63,872 bases of DNA, filler included, from Octopus bimaculoides (GCF_001194135.2; 4 parts of 4 records of this genome joined end to end with filler, not necessarily neighbours in it), one strand, 5' to 3'. Shown: positions 11,690-25,205, counted from the first letter of the whole stretch. Notes: generated from the letters alone by a model not told the origin. Numbers and translations are program-made.

Positions 11690-11940
11690 TCCCCCGCCTC
11701 GACGGAATTTGAACTCAGAACATGAAGCTAAACGAAGGGCCGCTAAACTTTTTGTCCGGCGTGCTAAAAATTCTGCCAGCTCGTCGCCTTAGATGTATTC
11801 CAATATTTCTTTCTACAATAGGCACAAGGCCTCTATTTTGGGTGGGTGGGAGCTGGTCGATTATACCGATTCCAGTTCTTGACTAGCACTTATTTTATAG
11901 ACTTCGACAACATTTCAATTCCAGAACGTAAAGAGGAACA
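11690..11940 (-). mobile_element. Two decayed SINE family B pieces
   Basis: ggaatttgaactcagaac..ccggcgtgcta..ctgccagctcgtcgcctt, and tttctacaataggcacaaggcc tail. Confidence 0.7.
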
Positions 11941-12859
11941 AAACATCTCAAATCCGTATATCCAGCAGGCCGTCATCTCATCCAGATCGCCATCTTTGAT
12001 GTTTTGCAATATTGATTTGAAATTTCGGTACAGAATCGTTAGCAAGACTGGTGAAATACTTTGCCATGTTTCGTGTTTGTTTACGTCTCAGTTCAAATTA
12101 CCTTTCTTCTTTTCAGTGTCGACGCATAAGTGTACACGCTTCTTTCTTGACCATTAGATATTCTTGTCTACTAAGATTTGTGGAAGGACAATCAGTTATA
12201 TGCTTCTGTCCAGTTCCATCCAGGTGATTTTTACCAATCTGCTACTTGCAAGTATGTGTCATTTATCATTATTTTCTGTAAAGTCAGTCGGAATTTACGA
12301 AGATTAATAATCGACAAAGTAAGATGTGCTGAAATTGTACTCAGCTAAACTTATCTACTGAATATTCTGTAACCATATCTGTTAATAGGTATCTCAGAGC
12401 GGAGGGAGAATTGATTTATCTGTGGAAAGAATAAATTCTTTGTTTAAGATTTTATAACATTTTCTTCCTAGAAGAACCACATTGACCGTTTAAGAACACA
12501 AAAATTCTGGGATTAATTTTTCATTTAATATTTTCCATATCAAAATATTTTGCTGCACTCCTGAGATTCGATGTTTACGATATTACTGCATCAGTTTCAA
12601 TACACCTTCCTGTATTAAGTAATTTTGAAACGATAATAGTAAGAAACCTTTACACTATGTTCGTTTCAAACTTGGTCAGAAATACAAAAATATCGATGTA
12701 TGTACGTAAATCAAAAATTGCTTCTAGATATAATCTAGTTGTTTGAGATTCCTCAACGAAAACCACTATAGTTAATGAAAGATAATCATAAATACCATTC
12801 ACCCAACATATTTACCCAGTAATATATCTATATGCATAGAAATTCATACACTTTTATCT

Positions 12860-13205
12860 TCATCCTTTAATTGTTTTAGATTATTACACTGCGGTCATGC
12901 TGTGGCACCGCATTCAAGACTTTTTAGTCGATCGAATAATCGACCCCAGTACATATTTTGTGTGTTTTAAAGCATTGTGCTTATTCTATCGGTTTATTTG
13001 GTTGAACAACCGCTATTTTACAGGTATATCTACACACCAACACTGGTTACCGGTTGTCAAGCGGTGATGTGGGAGAAATACACACAGACACACATACATA
13101 CACACACATATTACATATACATATAAGAAGGGCTTCTTTCCGCTTCCGTCCACCAATTCCACTCATGTGTTGGAGAAGCAAACTTCTTATGACACAGCCA
13201 CATCG
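12860..13205 (-). mobile_element. SINE family A, decayed with internal deletion
   Basis: ctgcggtcatgctgtggcaccgc..gaccccagtac..cggttgtcaagcggtg..gggcttctttc..ccgtc..cttatgacacagccac head. Confidence 0.75.
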
Positions 13206-13239
13206 ACACCTCTATTAGATATAGAATGCCAAATAATAT

Positions 13240-13671
13240 TCTTTTCTACTCTAGACACAAGGCCCGGAATTTTGGGGGAGGGGCCTAGCCGATTAGATCA
13301 ACCCTAGTACGCAACTGGTACTTAATTTATCGACCCCGAGAGAATGAAAGGCAAAGTCGACCTCGGCTGAATTTGAACTCAGAACGTAAAGACCGACGAA
13401 ACACCGCTAAGCATTTCGCCCGGCGTGCTAAAGTTTATGATTTCTTTATTACCCACAAAAGGGCTAAACACAGAGGGGACAAACAAGGACAGACAAAGGG
13501 ATTAGGTCGATTACATCGACCCCAGTGCGTAACTGGTACTTAATTTATCGACCCCGAGGGGATAATAGATAAAGTCGACCTCGGCGGAATTTGAACTCAG
13601 AACGTAACGCCAGACGAAATACCGCTAAGCATTTCGCCTGGCGTGCTAACGTTTCTGCCATCTTGCCGCCT
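13240..13671 (-). mobile_element. Dimeric SINE family B insertion with 18-bp TSD
   Basis: A full B copy with tail-2 is fused to a head-truncated B copy with tail-1. TAGAATGCCAAATAATAT occurs at 13222-13239 and 13672-13689. Confidence 0.9.
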
Positions 13672-13701
13672 TAGAATGCCAAATAATATCATTTTCCCTC
13701 T

Positions 13702-13842
13702 AAATTCCGCCGAGGTCGATTTTGCCTTTCATCTTTTCGTGATCGATAAATTAAGTACCAGTTGCGTACTGGGGGCGATCTAATCAACTGGCTCCTCCCC
13801 AGAAGTTTCGGGCCTTGTGCCTAGAGTACAAAAGAATATTAT
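13702..13842 (+). mobile_element. SINE family B, 5'-truncated
   Basis: aaattccgccgaggtcga..ttaagtaccagttgcgtactgg..ttcgggccttgtgcctagagtacaaaagaat. Confidence 0.85.
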
Positions 13843-16735
13843 TTATCCTCTCCACATTCATATTAGTTTTCAATCAAGCGAAAAAGATATATTTTAGTGA
13901 AAACGTTGACAGATGTTCTTCGTACCATATATATATAAACAATATTTGACTTTAAAATATAGGGAATAACATTACAAGGTAACCTGCTTCGTTATTGAGA
14001 AAAACAAATTTTTAAAGGTTGGTAAAATAAAGCAAGTACGCTGATAATGATAATTCTATATTTTATTCTTATTCTTTACTTGAAATCTTCGAAAAACTCA
14101 TTTACATGAAAAGAAAATATTTTTCCTCTCATTTACGAAGGAAAATTACATTTTACACGTATGCAACGTCACAGAATGTTAAGAGAAACAATTTGTTGGA
14201 ACATCTCTAGAATAAATAAACATAGTCATCTCAAAGGTTTCTGTTTTGAAGACAAAGCCTTGTGAAAATGCATTCTTTCGACATGTAAAACACAACCATC
14301 CTTATAACAATATGACAACGGAAAAAGAGAGCTTGCATATATTACACAGATATCAAAAACAACAGTAAGCACAAGTATTAATTATATAAAGATTACCTTG
14401 TTTAAGAAGCATAACAGAAGAACGTTCTACAAATCGAACAATACATTGATTCGGAGTGACAAAAATTATTAAAACAGTATACTTGCAGATATATAAAAAC
14501 ATAGGTTGTGTGGTTGTAAACAATGTTAATGTTTTAATTATTATTAATAGAATGCAAGGATATTTTCAGAAACGTGACACGAATCAAATGGACCAGAGAT
14601 GCAGCAAAATTCTCGTTTTGAATAAATAAAAACACAAACACAGACTCTCGCATACTCACATAAACGCACACTAGTCCGCACATATATACATATGCACACA
14701 CAGGGACACACGCTCACGCGCGCTCACATATTCGCTACACTACACTACACACACACACACACACATGCACACACACACACACACACACACACACACNNNN
14801 NNNNNNTATTTATGTATGTATATATATATATATGTATAAACTATAATGAAAAATGCGGGTGCAGAATCCTCAAATATTCTAAATCATTACACATGGAAAA
14901 GTGCAGAACAAGCAGTAATTAAATAGGAGACGTATAAGACAAGAAAAAACTTAAAATATTGTTTTTCTCTTTTAAGTTGTAAATTTGAAATTTGTCTTTA
15001 ATTTTAAGTTTTTAAGTTATAACTTTTAAAAAACTAAAATATTAATAAATGCCCTTTTACACTTTTACTTCAAAATTAAATTAGAATACTCGAGAAGCTA
15101 TTTATTTTCAATTTTAGTGAAAAGACTAATTGCCTGAAAGTTTACACATTAAAAATTTGATGTTACACATTTATATATTTAAAAGATTCACATAATAGCA
15201 ATTTAAACAAAATTGACAATTATAACCCCAAAGTTCTTTCAAAAAAGCTATAGTCAATTTTACATTTTGCACTCAATTTGTTCTAGCTTTCATTTTGAAA
15301 AATATTTTACTAAATGTATAAAGAAAATACTTTGCTATCTGATAATGCAAACTTTAAAGAAATTAATTCTTTTGTTTCTTGAAAAAAAATGTTTCATTTT
15401 AATATTGTTTTTTATTGTTCTGAATTACATACGTTCTACATGAGTTTAATTTTGTAACTCAATATCTGTGATTTAAAATTTTTGGATAATGAGTTTTGTT
15501 CAGAAAATATAATTAAAATATAATATAATGAATAAATGAGACAGAAATATTTTAGCTTCATACAAAAACAAATTAAATAAAAAAATATTAGCTTCAATTT
15601 CAAAAAATGCAATAATATGTGAACAAATATTAAAAGAAAATAAAACTAAATAATTAATCATTAGCTTTTTTAATGAGTGAATATTTTCTATTTTATGTTT
15701 TTAATATGTACATATTTTAATCCATAAACAGAAGAATAAAAATCAATATGAAATCTCAAAAATCATAGCTATTTTTATGCCTAAAATTCTTAGCCGGGGC
15801 TTATCCAAAAATTCGTCTCCAATAAATCTTTCATTTGATTTCAAATATTATTTTTGTCTCCAGAAGGAATAATTTGATTTCTTTTAATTATCACTGTTTT
15901 TTTTTTCACTTAAACAGCAACACTTTTTGTAACTAATATTTGTTTACAAGGTTTCCACAACATGATTCGTCTAATAGAGCTCTTTAATCTGATCACTCAA
16001 ATGCAGAATAACTGCGAAAATAGCTCTGAAGAGGGTATACATACTCTGACAAAATGGAACAAAATATGGACATAAAACCGCTACAAAGTATCGAAAAACG
16101 TACAACTCTAACATTAAGCTAATTTACGCATAGCATCAGGTACCAAATTTTATAATTCTAAATATCTTAAAACGACAAATTATTTTGATTTGTTAAAATG
16201 ATCACGTATTTTCTTCATTTCAAGTCAGACCAATTTTTGGTGTAGCAGATATTTTTTGACTAGGCTTTCACCATAAGATTTATCTCACAGTGCTATTTCA
16301 TTTGAATACAACTATTGTATGGTTTTCTTACACAATAACTGAAACATTTTGATTCAAACACAACCTTGGGGATTACTTACTATTTTTTCTTCATTTAAAG
16401 CCAACACATTTTCACTAAAGGTTTTCACCAAAAGATACTTCTCAACGAGCACATCCTTTTAAACCAAATCAAACAATACATTTCTTTATAAATAGCTGAG
16501 ATATTTTGATTCCATATCTATAATTCCCCTTACACTCCTATTTTTGACTTGATTAAACTTGTTTTTAATTATCCAAATTTCAATTCTTTTATCTCAAAAT
16601 GTAGCTTAGGACGACTGGAGCATCATTGCTAAGCAAAATGAATTCAATTTGGTTGAATTAGTGATGAAGCCTAGAAGTACTCGCAAGTAGCTAAAGGTTT
16701 TCCTGAAGAATATATTCACCCACTGCCCCGGGTGA

Positions 16736-16809
<74 letters not shown>

Positions 16810-16812
<3 letters not shown>

Positions 16813-16985
16813 AAAATTCACAAACAAAAAGAACAACAGACGAAGACAGGTGGTGTAGAAAACAAACAGATGTATTAGTATAACGCTCGGGAATTGAGAA
16901 AGTCTTTAACGTTTCGAGCCTACGCTCTTCCACAGAAAGGAACACAGAAAGAAACAAGGAGAGAAACAAGGAGAGGAAATAAAAT
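16810..16985 (-). mobile_element. Second copy of the short PLE pseudo-LTR-like element, abutting (TA)n at 16739-16809
   Basis: Homologous to 2833-3005. Confidence 0.65.
16903..16940 (-). ncRNA. Minimal type-I hammerhead ribozyme, A6U core variant
   Basis: Minus strand CCTTT-CTGTGGA-A-GAGC-GTAG-GCTC-GAAAC-GTT-AAAGA. Stem I is 4 bp and stem II 4 bp, with a GUU site. Confidence 0.65.
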
Positions 16986-17349
16986 GTGTGTAGTGTTTAA
17001 CGATCTATCATGGCGAATACCGGAAATATATGAACTTTTGGTTATTGAAGCTATGTTTATGACATATTTTAACGTCTAAACACAAACTTACTGCAGTTAA
17101 CGTGGAGAAAAGACTTTTCTCTTACAGCAAAATGTGTAAAAACACCATATGTGACGTGATCAATAAGAATCGGGACTGCTGCCATAGTAACGAAGCTCAA
17201 GTACGCAGAGTGAAGCAGCTTGGCAAAGATTGGCCTTGAACTCTGCTGTGCATATGCACTAAGTTTCAACGTTCTAGCTCACCTCTGTTATTTAGAGCAG
17301 TGCTTGGAAGAAACGTGTGTAGCGTACGATCGCCGGATTTATCATGAAC

Positions 17350-17725
17350 CTGCATCAAATTTTGCCAAACAGTTGGCTATACCTACTCAGCGAGGTACGC
17401 ATTTTTATCAGAGATAACTCACGTGTACATTAGTTATAGTTCAGTTCAGTCCATCATCACTAAAGAATTGGACATGTTTATGCCAAAATTGCTTTTAGGT
17501 GAAAACACACCTGACCATTCATTACAGCTTGTGTAGCCGTTTTTGGCTAGGAACAGCATTCCCCAGATCTCAGAGTCACTGTATTCCCCAGATCTCACCC
17601 CTTACGACTGTTTCCTCTTTCCAAATCTCAAATCCCGCTTGAAAGGAAGAAGATTTCAGGATGTCGAGGAAATCAAAATGAATGCGCCAAGGCAACTGCT
17701 GATTATCGCAGCGAAATACGAGGTA
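17350..17725 (+). pseudogene. Internally deleted mariner transposase relic
   Basis: N-terminal CIKFCQTVGYTYS and C-terminal FLARNSIPQISESLYSPDLTPYDCFLFPNLKSRLKGRRFQDVEEIK (YSPDLAP.D motif). Confidence 0.8.
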
Positions 17726-18167
17726 GTGGATCCATGAGGCGCTGCTGTGTTTAGAGTCAATACATGAGTTCAAATTTGTTCCGACTTGGATGTTTCGTAA
17801 GAAGTTTGCATCACAACCACATGGTTCCGGGTTTAGTCTTACTGATCCCATTCAAGCCGATCACGACATTTCTTTTACTAAATACATACTTTTATGGCAT
17901 TAAGGTTACCGTGGTATACGGAATTTCGTGCTCACGGTCAGTATAAACCACGTCCACTAATTTCGGGATATGGTCTGTAATTTTGTCCTTTTCACTAGCA
18001 TGAATGTGTAGCTGTCAATTTGAAATATAATCATGGTACGTGCATATTTGTGTGGATGCAATTGTTTAGATTTAGGTCATTATAATCACATATGTAGGTG
18101 TGTGATGGATCTTTCAAAGTAAGCGTTTTTGTGTAATTTTCTTCGTTCTTGTATCACAATGATCACA

Positions 18168-18266
<99 letters not shown>
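18168..18266. repeat. (ATCT)n tetranucleotide microsatellite at a gap edge
   Basis: Direct sequence. Confidence 0.95.
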
Positions 18267-18734
18267 NNNNNNNNNNNNNNNNNNNNNNNNNNNNNNNNNN
18301 NNNNNNNNNNNNNNNNNNNNNNNNNNNNNNNNNNNNNNNNNNNNNNNNNNNNNNNNNNNNNNNNNNNNNNNNNNNNNNNNNNNNNNNNNNNNNNNNNNNN
18401 NNNNNNNNNNNNNNNNNNNNNNNNNNNNNNNNNNNNNNNNNNNNNNNNNNNNNNNNNNNNNNNNNNNNNNNNNNNNNNNNNNNNNNNNNNNNNNNNNNNN
18501 NNNNNNNNNNNNNNNNNNNNNNNNNNNNNNNNNNNNNNNNNNNNNNNNNNNNNNNNNNNNNNNNNNNNNNNNNNNNNNNNNNNNNNNNNNNNNNNNNNNN
18601 NNNNNNNNNNNNNNNNNNNNNNNNNNNNNNNNNNNNNNNNNNNNNNNNNNNNNNNNNNNNNNNNNNNNNNNNNNNNNNNNNNNNNNNNNNNNNNNNNNNN
18701 NNNNNNNNNNNNNNNNNNNNNNNNNNNNNNNNNN

Positions 18735-18805
<71 letters not shown>

Positions 18806-19248
18806 CAATATTCACCATCACCATCTATCTCATACTACCGCTGCCATTACTGACAAACGAACTCTTTAATGGTTAACAACTATAAAAGTAGCGATACCGT
18901 ATACAATTTAATGTGGTACCCTATTGTATTTTAAAAGTTGAATAACATGTCTTTCATGTAAACTCAATGAAAATTAACTGGAAAATAAAAAAAAACAACA
19001 TATTAAAGAACAACACCACTATGACCACCAGCGTTATCATCAGTGTCCACACCATCATAATCGCCATCATAACGAACGCCAAGCCATTACCTCCCAAACC
19101 ACCATCGCTACCAACATGCCGACATTTGAATAACTAAATGGCAGTAACAATAATAAAATCAGCATGATGCTTTTACTAATATTATTGCCATTTAACTATT
19201 GCTGCATGTCAACACAACTGTGTGTGTTTGTGAGTGTGTGTGTGTGTA

Positions 19249-19294
<46 letters not shown>

Positions 19295-19881
19295 AGAAGA
19301 AGTGTTTGTGTTTGTAGCGTGTAAAACCTTTGTAGCTCAATTCAAAATAGTGAATTCAAGTAGTTGCAAGTAATGGAGTTAATGGGTACTTCACTACTTA
19401 ATAACCCTTCTACTAGCTGTAATCAAGGTGTACTCCCTAATATATCACTCTCCTCACCCTTTCATTTCTGTTCTCACCTCCATTAAGGATAACACATTTG
19501 TCCCTCACAAAATGCTTTTTTGCTGGTACTATCTCGTCTCGAGCCATTTTGTTATGTTTAGGTTCCATTCCCGGCAAGTTTCTTCGTGTTGTCCCCAGAG
19601 TGGAAGCAATATTATCGATAATTGCATTTGACCCCTGTGGCCGATACCTGATCAAGAATTGTTACACATCAGTATTTTCCGTCAACCTGTGTATTTAGTA
19701 TATGCTAGTATGTTTATCTACTACTCATTTAAAAAAAATTGTATATAGAGGTAGGTCATATTTTTTCTGTTTGTTGTCTTTTATTTAATCCTCACATATA
19801 TATATATATATATATTTATATTTATACACACAGACACACACACACACACACACACAGAGACACACACACACACACACACAG

Positions 19882-19936
<55 letters not shown>

Positions 19937-20577
19937 NNNNNNNNNNNNNNNNNNNNNNNNNNNNNNNNNNNNNNNNNNNNNNNNNNNNNNNNNNNNNNNN
20001 NNNNNNNNNNNNNNNNNNNNNNNNNNNNNNNNNNNNNNNNNNNNNNNNNNNNNNNNNNNNNNNNNNNNNNNNNNNNNNNNNNNNNNNNNNNNNNNNNNNN
20101 NNNNNNNNNNNNNNNNNNNNNNNNNNNNNNNNNNNNNNNNNNNNNNNNNNNNNNNNNNNNNNNNNNNNNNNNNNNNNNNNNNNNNNNNNNNNNNNNNNNN
20201 NNNNNNNNNNNNNNNNNNNNNNNNNNNNNNNNNNNNNNNNNNNNNNNNNNNNNNNNNNNNNNNNNNNNNNNNNNNNNNNNNNNNNNNNNNNNNNNNNNNN
20301 NNNNNNNNNNNNNNNNNNNNNNNNNNNNNNNNNNNNNNNNNNNNNNNNNNNNNNNNNNNNNNNNNNNNNNNNNNNNNNNNNNNNNNNNNNNNNNNNNNNN
20401 NNNNNNNNNNNNNNNNNNNNNNNNNNNNNNNNNNNNNNNNNNNNNNNNNNNNNNNNNNNNNNNNNNNNNNNNNNNNNNNNNNNNNNNNNNNNNNNNNNNN
20501 NNNNNNNNNNNNNNNNNNNNNNNNNNNNNNNNNNNNNNTATATATATATATATATATATATATATTGCTAGATATTT

Positions 20578-20622
20578 CATCATCATCATCATTGTTGTTT
20601 AACGTCCGCTTTCCATGCTCGC
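20578..20622 (-). mobile_element. Short 3' tail of a retroposon (RTE-like) ending in (GAT)n
   Basis: Minus strand gcatggaaagcggacgttaaacaacaatgatgatgatg; recognised only by recalled similarity to mollusc RTE-type 3' ends. Confidence 0.35.
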
Positions 20623-21340
20623 ATCACTACTACAGCTGGATTTACCTGCAATCCACGACGTTTGCAAAGTGATCGTCCAGTGATGCATAAGTCAAGATTT
20701 TCAGGAACGCATTACCTTGTTAAAGAAGGAGATTCCTGCATATAGAATCAGTTCTATGCATATTGAAACCCCGACCCGTCAGTATTTAAACTTAATACCC
20801 GTAATTCAACTTGAGGAAAATATAGAACTTAATGCATTTTGTTGTGAATCTATTACAGACATCTATTTCTTAATAATATTAGAAATTTAATAAGTGTAAA
20901 GCAACAAATCACATTCATATGTTTGATAAAGGAATAAATTGTCAGCAGTTGTAATTAGAAAATGTTAATTGCTGTTCGTGTGTTTATTGGAAATTACGTA
21001 CTGAGTTTTTGTGTTATTCCAGATTGATCGTGATATAGCAATAAGTCAATATAGTGTAAATATCTCATATGCTTTCAGACAAATATTTAATGAAGATGTG
21101 TAAATTTCTGGTCAATAACCTCTCTCACACAAAATGAATTTCTGTCTTGTTTCGAAATACATTATTGAAATGGCGAGGCATCGGTGCAAGCAGGTTTGTC
21201 GAGTTATGAAGCTCGTATTACAACGCCATGTCTCAGATTTCGCTCTCACACTACGGTAGCTACTAGGAACGGAGACTCATAGCATGACGTGTATTACGCT
21301 ATTGGAATTTAATAAAAGGTGAAAAGAATGACTTTGTTCG

Positions 21341-21397
<57 letters not shown>

Positions 21398-21441
21398 NNN
21401 NNNNNNNNNNNNNNNNNNNNNNNNNNNNNNNNNNNNNNNNN

Positions 21442-21453
21442 TTAATTAATTAA
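21442..21453. other. Assembly linker TTAATTAATTAA inside a 100-bp gap (44N+12+44N); same at 40392-40403 and 62571-62582
   Basis: Three identical gap architectures. The 12-mer gives stops in all six frames. Not biological. Confidence 0.95.
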
Positions 21454-21519
21454 NNNNNNNNNNNNNNNNNNNNNNNNNNNNNNNNNNNNNNNNNNNNATA
21501 TATATATATATATACATAT

Positions 21520-21625
21520 ATGCGACGAGCTTCTTTTAGTTTCTGTCTACCAAATTCATTCATAAGGCTTTGGTCACCTCGTGGCTATAGCAGAAGACAC
21601 TTGCCCAAGGTACTATGCAGTAGGA
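21520..21625 (-). mobile_element. SINE family A CORE fragment
   Basis: gtctaccaaattcattcataaggctttggtc..tatagcagaagacacttgcccaaggt. Confidence 0.8.
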
Positions 21626-21721
21626 TCATATATAATTGAAAATATTTGGAGTCAGCAAAAAAGAGTACCGTTGGACATTTATTTTCAATCACTACAATTG
21701 TTTCTGCGAAACGTATTTCTC

Positions 21722-22051
21722 CTGGCGTCTAGATACTTGATTAGGTAACCGTTTTCCTGCATTACGAGATCTAGTTGTGTTCCCTCATGCGATATATAAA
21801 TATTTTCTCCGCAAATTCAAATTCTGGGCTTCTAACTGTTTATCAAACAGTTTGCCAAAGATTCTTCAGCAACAACAAACCTTGATAAACTCTGTGGTTA
21901 CTACTAACTCCAGGCCACGACAGACAGAGAGGATGTTCTTGAAGCTGAGAATTTGAACTTACGGTGATAATATTTACATATTGCATGAAGAAACACAACT
22001 AGATCTCACAATACAAGGAAACGGTTACCTAATCAAGTACCTGCACGCCTG
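21722..22051. mobile_element. Foldback/MITE-like element with 111-bp inverted arms
   Basis: 21722-21832 versus the reverse complement of 21941-22051 aligns ungapped with 19 mismatches in 111 by my manual count (~83%). Spacer ~108 bp; no clear TSD. Confidence 0.8.
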
Positions 22052-22803
22052 CATGCCTTCGTTGCGTAGAAACAATTGTAGTGATTGAAAATAAATCTCC
22101 TAGCGTACTCCTTCTTGTTGACTCCAAATTTTTCAATTATCTATTCACATACGAGAGAAGCCCAAACGCAAACCTGGAAGTACGTATAATACTACTACTG
22201 GATAGCAGAGGGTAAAATCTGAAGGTGGACGGACATTGTACTGTACTCTACTACGTTCTTAACAGAATATAGCATGACTATATATATATATGTACATAGA
22301 GAGAGAGAAAAGGGATATATATATATATATATGAAAAATATTTCAGTACAAATGTATTATATTCCAGTTAATCGGTGCCTTGTTTTACCACTCTTCTGAA
22401 TTTATATATATNNNNNNNNNNNNNNNNNNNNNNNNNNNNNNNNNNNNNNNNNNNNNNNNNNNNNNNNNNNNNNNNNNNNNNNNNNNNNNNNNNNNNNNNN
22501 NNNNNNNNNNNNNNNNNNNNNNNNNNNNNNNNNNNNNNNNNNNNNNNNNNNNNNNNNNNNNNNNNNNNNNNNNNNNNNNNNNNNNNNNNNNNNNNNNNNN
22601 NNNNNNNNNNNNNNNNNNNNNNNNNNNNNNNNNNNNNNNNNNNNNNNNNNNNNNNNNNNNNNNNNNNNNNNNNNNNNNNNNNNNNNNNNNNNNNNNNNNN
22701 NNNNNNNNNNNNNNNNNNNNNNNNNNNNNNNNNNNNNNNNNNNNNNNNNNNNNNNNNNNNNNNNNNNNNNNNNNNNNNNNNNNNNNNNNNNNNNNNNNNN
22801 NNN

Positions 22804-22854
<51 letters not shown>

Positions 22855-23887
22855 CATGTGTGCTTGTATATCAGTATGTAAATATATAAGTACTACATTC
22901 TACAATTACTTCTGTTACTTTTTTCCTAATGTTCTTTCACGCTTATAATCGTTTCCCGCTGCAGCTGCATAATTTGCCTACAAGAAAAAGCAGTTCTCCC
23001 CAAACTATCAGCAATTTTCAAACATGTTAAAATTTCCAGTTTTACACTGAATGCTGAATATATGAAATTTGTCAGTCGTATATAGTATATATGTTTCATT
23101 ACTAGTTATTGTTTACTTCAGTATTTTTGTTGTAGATAAGGAAAGAGACGTTATCATTTGATCTCCTACAGGGAATATTTCATACTATTATTTTTCATAG
23201 TACGAACTCATTTATTTTATTTGTCATGTGCATCTGGTTTAGATAACAAATCTTCTGAAGTTTTCCTTCAATACAATTTATTTTTGTAGAGCAAATCGTT
23301 GCATCATTTAAGAAAACTTTATCAGTAAATATTAGAATATATTATATATATTAAATTCATGTATTTATTAGCAATAGCTCATGTTATCTAGAAACTCTTT
23401 GATCATATGTAGTTCGGAGTTGAAGACTTCAATATATCCGGAAAAATTTAATACATAAATAGAGGCAATGTTTAATGACAAAAGACTGTTTTTATGTATT
23501 GAAAGATTGTTGCTCTTGCTATACATGTAAAATAGTAATACATATATCTCATAAAAGCAGAGGTAAAATATATATGTTATTGTTTCTTTTTAGCTTTGCT
23601 GTTAACATGGCTAAAGCATGTATTTTGTGTGATGAAGATGTTCTAATATATATTTTATACATTATTGCCGAAGGTTCTTCCTGGAATCCTTTCAACTTAG
23701 TTACCAACACTTTTTCTGTTTTATTATTCATATGACGACAGATCAAGAACAGTAATTCCGAATTCCGAATGCGAGCGTACACACAAACACACGTATACAC
23801 ATAATGACATGTGTGTGTGTGTATCTATTTGTATATTGATATATGTATGTAAGCATGTATACGTACATATATAAGTATATATATATG

Positions 23888-23938
<51 letters not shown>

Positions 23939-24181
23939 GTATGTATGTCTGTCTGTCTGTATGTATGTATGTATGTATGTATGTATGTATGTGTGCGTGT
24001 ACCTATGTANNNNNNNNNNNNNNNNNNNNNNNNNNNNNNNNNNNNNNNNNNNNNNNNNNNNNNNNNNNNNNNNNNNNNNNNNNNNNNNNNNNNNNNNNNN
24101 NNNNNNNNNNNNNNNNNNNNNNNNNNNNNNNNNNNNNNNNTATATATTTATATATATACATTATATATATACACACACACA

Positions 24182-24214
<33 letters not shown>

Positions 24215-24633
24215 GTATGTATGTCTGTCTGTCTGTATGTATGTATGTATGTATGTATGTATGTATGTGTGCGTGTACCTATGTATGGGTAGAGACACGC
24301 ATATTTTATGCTTGAATGTATATATATAAATTTGAAAAGAAAAGAATTGCTATACTAACTAAGCAAGAGAATAGGATGTAGCTTGAAGAACGGTTCCGTT
24401 AAATAATCAGAGAACTATTCTGTTCCAGACAATGAATGATTCCAACATGGATCAACTCTTTCACATCTATATGTAAATGCTATTGACAAAGCATACACGT
24501 ATACTCACACACATGCGCACACACGCAGACCCTCCCACTCACACACACGGCAATATGAATATGTACATAAGACATAAATACATGTGCGTGTATGCATGTA
24601 GGAGAGCTTGTCTGTGTTGTATGTGCATTTGCT

Positions 24634-24682
<49 letters not shown>

Positions 24683-24696
24683 GTGCGCGCGCACTC

Positions 24697-24786
<90 letters not shown>

Positions 24787-25172
24787 AGCACAAAGGTCGG
24801 TGTGTCTGGCATTAGTGAGTGGTTATTTGCTTGTCGAATATTGATGAAAACTAAGAATGATGGTGAGAGATGTTATTCGACACAAAAGAGACAGTGTGAT
24901 GCGGAGCGAGATAGATATTGAGATATTTCGAGACAGATATATTAAAAGAGAGGAAGCCAGCTTATTAACAAAACGCTGCTGTCTGTAATCAATCACTGAT
25001 TACTATCAATCACGTCAACAATACAACATGAAAAAGAGCACAACTTTGCGGTTTATTTACGTTAGTTTGTTTTAGATGCTAGTTGCTGGTTGTATGGGTG
25101 GGTGTGATTAAATACTTCCGTGCGTATGTGTGTGTATGTGTGAGCATGTGCATGCGTGTGTGAGACAGAGAG

Positions 25173-25205
<33 letters not shown>

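Noticed and set aside
12117-12223. Candidate 107-nt exon after ttcttttcag
   Set aside because: Weak GTGATT donor, unrecognised peptide, no partner exons.
21398-21497. TTAATTAATTAA islands inside gaps (also 40348-40447 and 62527-62626)
   Set aside because: Identical 44N+12+44N layout; a six-frame-stop assembly spacer. Joins across these gaps are of unknown size.
23870-24290. Duplicated microsatellite block on both sides of a gap (also 27235-27540)
   Set aside because: Consistent with scaffolding overlap in low-complexity DNA.
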